NCBI GenBank assembly: GCA_046075565.1
Contig: JBJTQJ010000092.1
Span: 1 to 13,884 of the forward strand
DNA from: Verrucomicrobiales bacterium
Lineage (GTDB): Bacteria; Verrucomicrobiota; Verrucomicrobiia; Verrucomicrobiales; SLCJ01
Direction of reading: 5' to 3'
Length of the DNA: 13,884 nucleotides
Position numbers and translations under genes: made by a program. Of this stretch, positions 10,204 to 13,884 are shown piece by piece (position 1 is the stretch's first letter; every line of letters begins with the position of its first letter). The notes beneath the pieces are model-generated. The model saw only the letters and a program-made list of their open reading frames with translations. It ran no database searches and was not told the DNA's origin.

Positions 10204-12132
10204 TCATTTTTTGTCTTCGCCCACGACCTCGGCCTCGACGACCTTGCCCTTGGCCTCGCGTTCGGAGGGGCCGTCGCCAGCGGAGTCGCCCGCGGGTGCT
10301 GGTCCGGATGCTCCGCCAGCTTGTTGGGCGGCTTGGGCCGCATTGTAAAGTTCGGCCAGTGAGGACTGGAGATCATCGCTGGCGGATTTGATGGCATCGA
10401 GGTTCTCGCCGGCGGCGGCTTCCTTGAGTTTCGCCACTTTGCTTTCGAGCGTGGATTTCAATTCGCCGGGAAGTTTGTCGCCCATTTCGGCGAGTTGTTT
10501 TTCGACCTGATAGGCAAGGGCATCGGCATTGTTCTTCGCTTCGACGGTTTCCTTGCGGCGCTTGTCTTCCTCCGCGTGGGCTTCGGCATCCCGTTTGGCG
10601 CGTTCGATTTCCTCTTCGCTCAGACCACTCGATCCGGAGATGGAGATCTTGTTCTCCTTGTTCGTCTTCTTGTCCTTGGCCGAGACATGGAGGATGCCGT
10701 TGGCATCGATGTCGAAGGTAACCTCGATTTGCGGGCCGCCGCGGGGAGCGGGTTCGATGCCCTCGAGACGGAAGGTGCCCAGCACCTTGTTGTCGCGCGA
10801 CATCGGGCGTTCACCCTGGAGCACGACGATTTCCACGGACGGCTGGTTGTCGCTGTAGGTGGAAAAGATTTGCGATTTGCGCGCCGGGATGGTCGTGTTG
10901 CGCTCAATCATCGGGGTGGCCACACCACCGGCCGTTTCGATGGCCAGTGTAAGCGGGGTCACGTCGAGAAGGAGCACGTCTTTCACGTCGCCTTGCAGCA
11001 CACCGCCCTGGATGGCCGCGCCGATGGCAACGACTTCATCCGGGTTTACACCCTTGTGGGGTTCCTTCCCGGCAAGTTTGCGCGCGGTCTCGATGACCTT
11101 CGGCATCCGGGTCATGCCGCCGACGAGCACGAGTTCATCAATCTGGGCGCCGGAAAGTTTGGCTTGTTCGATGCACTCTTTGACCGGGCGCACGGTGCGT
11201 TCGAAGAGGTCATCGCAGAGTTGCTCGAGTTGAGCGCGCGAGATCGTCTTCTGAATGTGTTTCGGACCGGTGGCGTCGGCGGTGATGAAGGGCAGATTGA
11301 TGTCGTAGGTCTGCGAGGACGAAAGCGCGATCTTGGCTTTCTCCGCTTCTTCTTTAATCCGCTGGATGGCGTCGGCTTGTTTGCGCAGGTCGATGCCGGT
11401 GTCTTTCTGGAACTCGGCCGCGATGGTTTCAATGAGGCGGTTGTCCCAGTCGTCGCCACCAAGATAGTTGTCGCCATTGGTGGCGAGCACTTCAAAGACG
11501 CCGTCGCCGATTTCGAGCACGGAAATGTCGAAGGTTCCGCCGCCGAGGTCATAGACCGCGATTTTTTCGTCGGACTTCTTCTCCAATCCGTAGGCGAGGG
11601 AGGCGGCGGTTGGTTCGTTGATGATCCGGCGCACGTTCAAACCCGCGATTTCACCGGCGGCTTTGGTGGCGTTGCGTTGCGAATCGTTGAAGTAAGCGGG
11701 AACCGTGATCACCGCGTCGGTGATGGTTTCACCAAGTTTGGCTTCGGCGTCAGCCTTCAGCTTGCCCAGGATCATCGCGGAAATTTCCTGCGGGCTGTAG
11801 CGTTTGCGTTCGCCGCCGGTTTCCACCTCGACGTGGGCGTCACCATTGGGAGCCTCGACGACCGTGTAGGGCAGGTTCTTTTCGTGGTCCTTGAGTTCGG
11901 AGTATTTGCGCCCAATGAGGCGCTTCACCGAGAAAACGGTATTGGTCGGATTGGTGATGGCCTGGCGTTTCGCGGCCTGACCAACGAGACGTTCGCCGGT
12001 TTTTGTGAACGCCACGACCGACGGGGTCGTGCGGGCTCCTTCCGCATTCTCAAGCACGGTCGGCTGGCCGCCGTCCATGATGGACATGCAGGAATTGGTG
12101 GTTCCGAGGTCGATTCCGAGGATTTTGGGCAT
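10204..12132 (-). CDS. dnaK: Molecular chaperone DnaK (Hsp70)
   Basis: 642 aa from ATG 12132 ([14 protein letters not shown]). Contains [49 protein letters not shown] and LLLDVTPL. Stop TGA. Confidence 0.99.
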   Translation of the reverse strand: MPKILGIDLGTTNSCMSIMDGGQPTVLENAEGARTTPSVVAFTKTGERLVGQAAKRQAITNPTNTVFSVKRLIGRKYSELKDHEKNLPYTVVEAPNGDAHVEVETGGERKRYSPQEISAMILGKLKADAEAKLGETITDAVITVPAYFNDSQRNATKAAGEIAGLNVRRIINEPTAASLAYGLEKKSDEKIAVYDLGGGTFDISVLEIGDGVFEVLATNGDNYLGGDDWDNRLIETIAAEFQKDTGIDLRKQADAIQRIKEEAEKAKIALSSSQTYDINLPFITADATGPKHIQKTISRAQLEQLCDDLFERTVRPVKECIEQAKLSGAQIDELVLVGGMTRMPKVIETARKLAGKEPHKGVNPDEVVAIGAAIQGGVLQGDVKDVLLLDVTPLTLAIETAGGVATPMIERNTTIPARKSQIFSTYSDNQPSVEIVVLQGERPMSRDNKVLGTFRLEGIEPAPRGGPQIEVTFDIDANGILHVSAKDKKTNKENKISISGSSGLSEEEIERAKRDAEAHAEEDKRRKETVEAKNNADALAYQVEKQLAEMGDKLPGELKSTLESKVAKLKEAAAGENLDAIKSASDDLQSSLAELYNAAQAAQQAGGASGPAPAGDSAGDGPSEREAKGKVVEAEVVGEDKK

Positions 12133-12188
12133 AGGTAAATTTCCTTTCCGAGACGGCATGAATGCGCGTCATCGCAGTCACATTCTTT

Positions 12189-12205
12189 TGCACGTGGCGT
12201 GCCAG
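12189..12205 (-). promoter_or_regulatory. Putative sigma-54 (RpoN) -24/-12 promoter for dnaK-groES-groEL
   Basis: The minus strand reads CTGGCACGCCACGTGCA, against the consensus YTGGCACG-N4-TTGCW (one mismatch). GG (12203-12202) and GC (12191-12190) are separated by exactly 10 nt. Predicted +1 is near 12178, about 46 nt before the dnaK ATG. Confidence 0.7.
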
Positions 12206-12292
12206 TCGGCTTTTTTGTGTTGCAAAGCATTCAGAAACAATGGAATACAATTTTTGATGGTGGTTTGCGCGGCACTCTTGAGGGCAGCAAAA

Positions 12293-12352
12293 GCGACAAT
12301 TTGGCGCGTCTTGCTGACGCATAAGTGCCAATTTGCCGCGACAAAGTGGCGC
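12293..12352. promoter_or_regulatory. Three imperfect palindromic boxes (GYGNCAA-W-KTGNCGC); candidate enhancer/operator sites
   Basis: GCGACAATTTGGCGC (12293-12307), GTGCCAATTTGCCGC (12325-12339) and GCGACAAAGTGGCGC (12338-12352), about 115-175 nt upstream of the predicted sigma-54 start site. Confidence 0.55.
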
Positions 12353-12546
12353 GCGAAGTCCGGTATGGCACGACCGGTTCGGTTGACGACGAGACTTTCG
12401 CAGGGGCATCCCTTTCGCTTGCAATGGCAATTCACCGACATCACAGCCGAGCCCATCGGAGATCCCAGAACTATGCATTCCCGGAACGCAATGTTGGACC
12501 GCGAAACTCTTGCGCGGTTAGGGATTCCGGCTTATCGGGTGGGCCT

Positions 12547-13749
12547 GTGAAAGCTTTGCTACTGACCAACGAGTATCCGCCCCACATTTACGGAGGCGCG
12601 GGGGTGCATGTCGAATATCTCAGCCGCGAATTGGCCCGGCATATCGGGGTCGAAGTGCGGTGTTTTGGTGATCAGGATGTGCCGGGTCCGCCCATTCGGG
12701 TCAAAGGTTACGGATTGCAAAAATCTTCCTTCACGGCTCCCGCCGCCCTGCATTCAGTTTTCGGGGCGATGCAGCGCTGTCTCGATTTCAACACCACGGA
12801 TGTCGATGCCGATGTCGTGCATTTGCATACCTGGTATACACATTTTGGCGGAATCCTCGCCAAGATGAACTACGGCAAACCCATGGTGCTCACCACCCAT
12901 TCGCTGGAACCGTTGCGCCCATGGAAACGCGAACAGCTTGGCGGGGGATATGATTTTTCCTGCTGGGTGGAAAAGACCGCCATCGAAATGGCCGATGCCG
13001 TGGTCGCGGTCTCAGCCGGCACACGTGATGATGTTCTGCGCCTTTTCGATGTCGATCCTGCAAAAGTTCATGTGATCTACAACGGAATCGATCCTGAGGA
13101 ATACTGTCCGACAGAAGACCCGGCGCGCTTGGCCAGGTTTGGTATCGATCCGGAAAAGCCCTACGTGTTGTTTGTCGGACGCATCACCCGCCAAAAAGGA
13201 ATCATCCATCTCGTCAATGCCATCCGTCATCTCGAACCCGGATTCCAAATCGTTCTCTGTGCCGGGGCACCGGACACGCCCGAGATCGCGGCGGAAATGA
13301 AAGCGGCGGTGGCCGGTGCGCAGGCGTCTCGGGATGGTATCATCTGGATCGAGGAAATGGTCGATGTGCCCACGAAGGTCGCACTTTACTCCCACGCGGC
13401 GGTCTTTTGTTGTCCGTCGATCTACGAACCCTTCGGCATCATCAACCTTGAAGCCATGGCCTGTGGCACCGCCGTGGTGGCGAGCGCGGTCGGGGGAATC
13501 CTCGAAGTCGTCGTGCCCGGGGAAACCGGCCTGCTTGTTCCGGTCGAACAACTTCCTGTCGCGCCCTTCGAACCAGTTGACCCCGTGGCATTTTCCAAAG
13601 GACTGGCTGACGGCATCAACGAACTCATGGCGGATGAAAACAAACGCCGCGCCATGGGCGAAGCGGGACGCAAACGCTGCCTTGAGACATTCTCGTGGGG
13701 AGCTATCGCGCGCCAGACCATCAGGCTTTACCAGAGTTTGCTGAGGTAA
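12547..13749 (+). CDS. glgA: GT4 glucosyltransferase of the actinobacterial-type GlgA/GlgM group (alpha-maltose-1-phosphate synthase / 'glycogen synthase')
   Basis: From GTG 12547 (400 aa): LLTNEYPPHIYGGAGVHVEYLSREL, HLHTWY, THSLEPLRPWKREQLGGGY, FVGRITRQKG, LCAGAPDTPEI and CPSIYEPFGIINLEAMAC, which are signatures of Corynebacterium/Mycobacterium GlgA (GlgM). The ORF extension to 12325 runs through the regulatory region and shows no family features. Stop TAA. Confidence 0.9.
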   Translation: MKALLLTNEYPPHIYGGAGVHVEYLSRELARHIGVEVRCFGDQDVPGPPIRVKGYGLQKSSFTAPAALHSVFGAMQRCLDFNTTDVDADVVHLHTWYTHFGGILAKMNYGKPMVLTTHSLEPLRPWKREQLGGGYDFSCWVEKTAIEMADAVVAVSAGTRDDVLRLFDVDPAKVHVIYNGIDPEEYCPTEDPARLARFGIDPEKPYVLFVGRITRQKGIIHLVNAIRHLEPGFQIVLCAGAPDTPEIAAEMKAAVAGAQASRDGIIWIEEMVDVPTKVALYSHAAVFCCPSIYEPFGIINLEAMACGTAVVASAVGGILEVVVPGETGLLVPVEQLPVAPFEPVDPVAFSKGLADGINELMADENKRRAMGEAGRKRCLETFSWGAIARQTIRLYQSLLR

Positions 13750-13884
13750 TCTCCTTGGTGCCGCTGTATTTCCTAGCAGCCCCCCTCCCGGCCGTGGCCG
13801 GGGAAAGACAGTGATGAAACTTCCCTGAGGGGGAACGGGATGTGCCAGATGCTGTTGGCGCATCCTGCTGCGCGGCAGCGATAC

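Noticed and set aside
10495-12138. 547-aa ORF on + antisense to dnaK
   Set aside because: Long antisense frames opposite dnaK are a known artefact; no independent support.
12247-12259. IHF-like site (minus strand CATCAAAAATTGT)
   Set aside because: Spacing is one base short of WATCAA-N4-TTR; noted only as part of the AT-rich spacer.
12271-12331. CIRCE-like half sites GGCACTC (12271-12277) and AAGTGCCAA (12323-12331)
   Set aside because: They are 45 nt apart rather than the required 9 nt, and both halves are imperfect.
12325-12546. 74-aa N-terminal extension of the glgA ORF
   Set aside because: Family similarity starts at GTG 12547, and the extension overlaps the regulatory boxes.

Overview
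GC-rich bacterial DNA, probably Verrucomicrobiota (inferred from the dnaK-groES-groEL order, the His/Gly GroEL tail and the AC-rich, SD-poor leaders). The left part (1-7984) is an accessory carbohydrate-processing cluster of two convergent gene pairs. On +: a 5'-truncated protein with a transglutaminase-like Cys-His-Asn motif and a C-terminal CBM6/35-like domain, then a ~980-aa two-module sialate O-acetylesterase-family (SGNH) protein. On -: a single-module SGNH esterase, then a GH115-like glycoside hydrolase. The right part is a dnaK-groES-groEL operon (-) with an intrinsic terminator, divergent from a GlgM/GlgA-type GT4 glucosyltransferase (+). Main observations: (1) the GH115-like gene is one unbroken ~722-codon frame interrupted by two in-frame TAG codons and ended by a third, while the other seven genes stop at TGA or TAA; decay is the simplest reading, but amber read-through is testable. 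(2) The chaperone operon has a correctly spaced sigma-54 -24/-12 element with three upstream palindromic boxes and no canonical CIRCE. (3) A 19-bp strand-specific hairpin lies between dnaK and groES.
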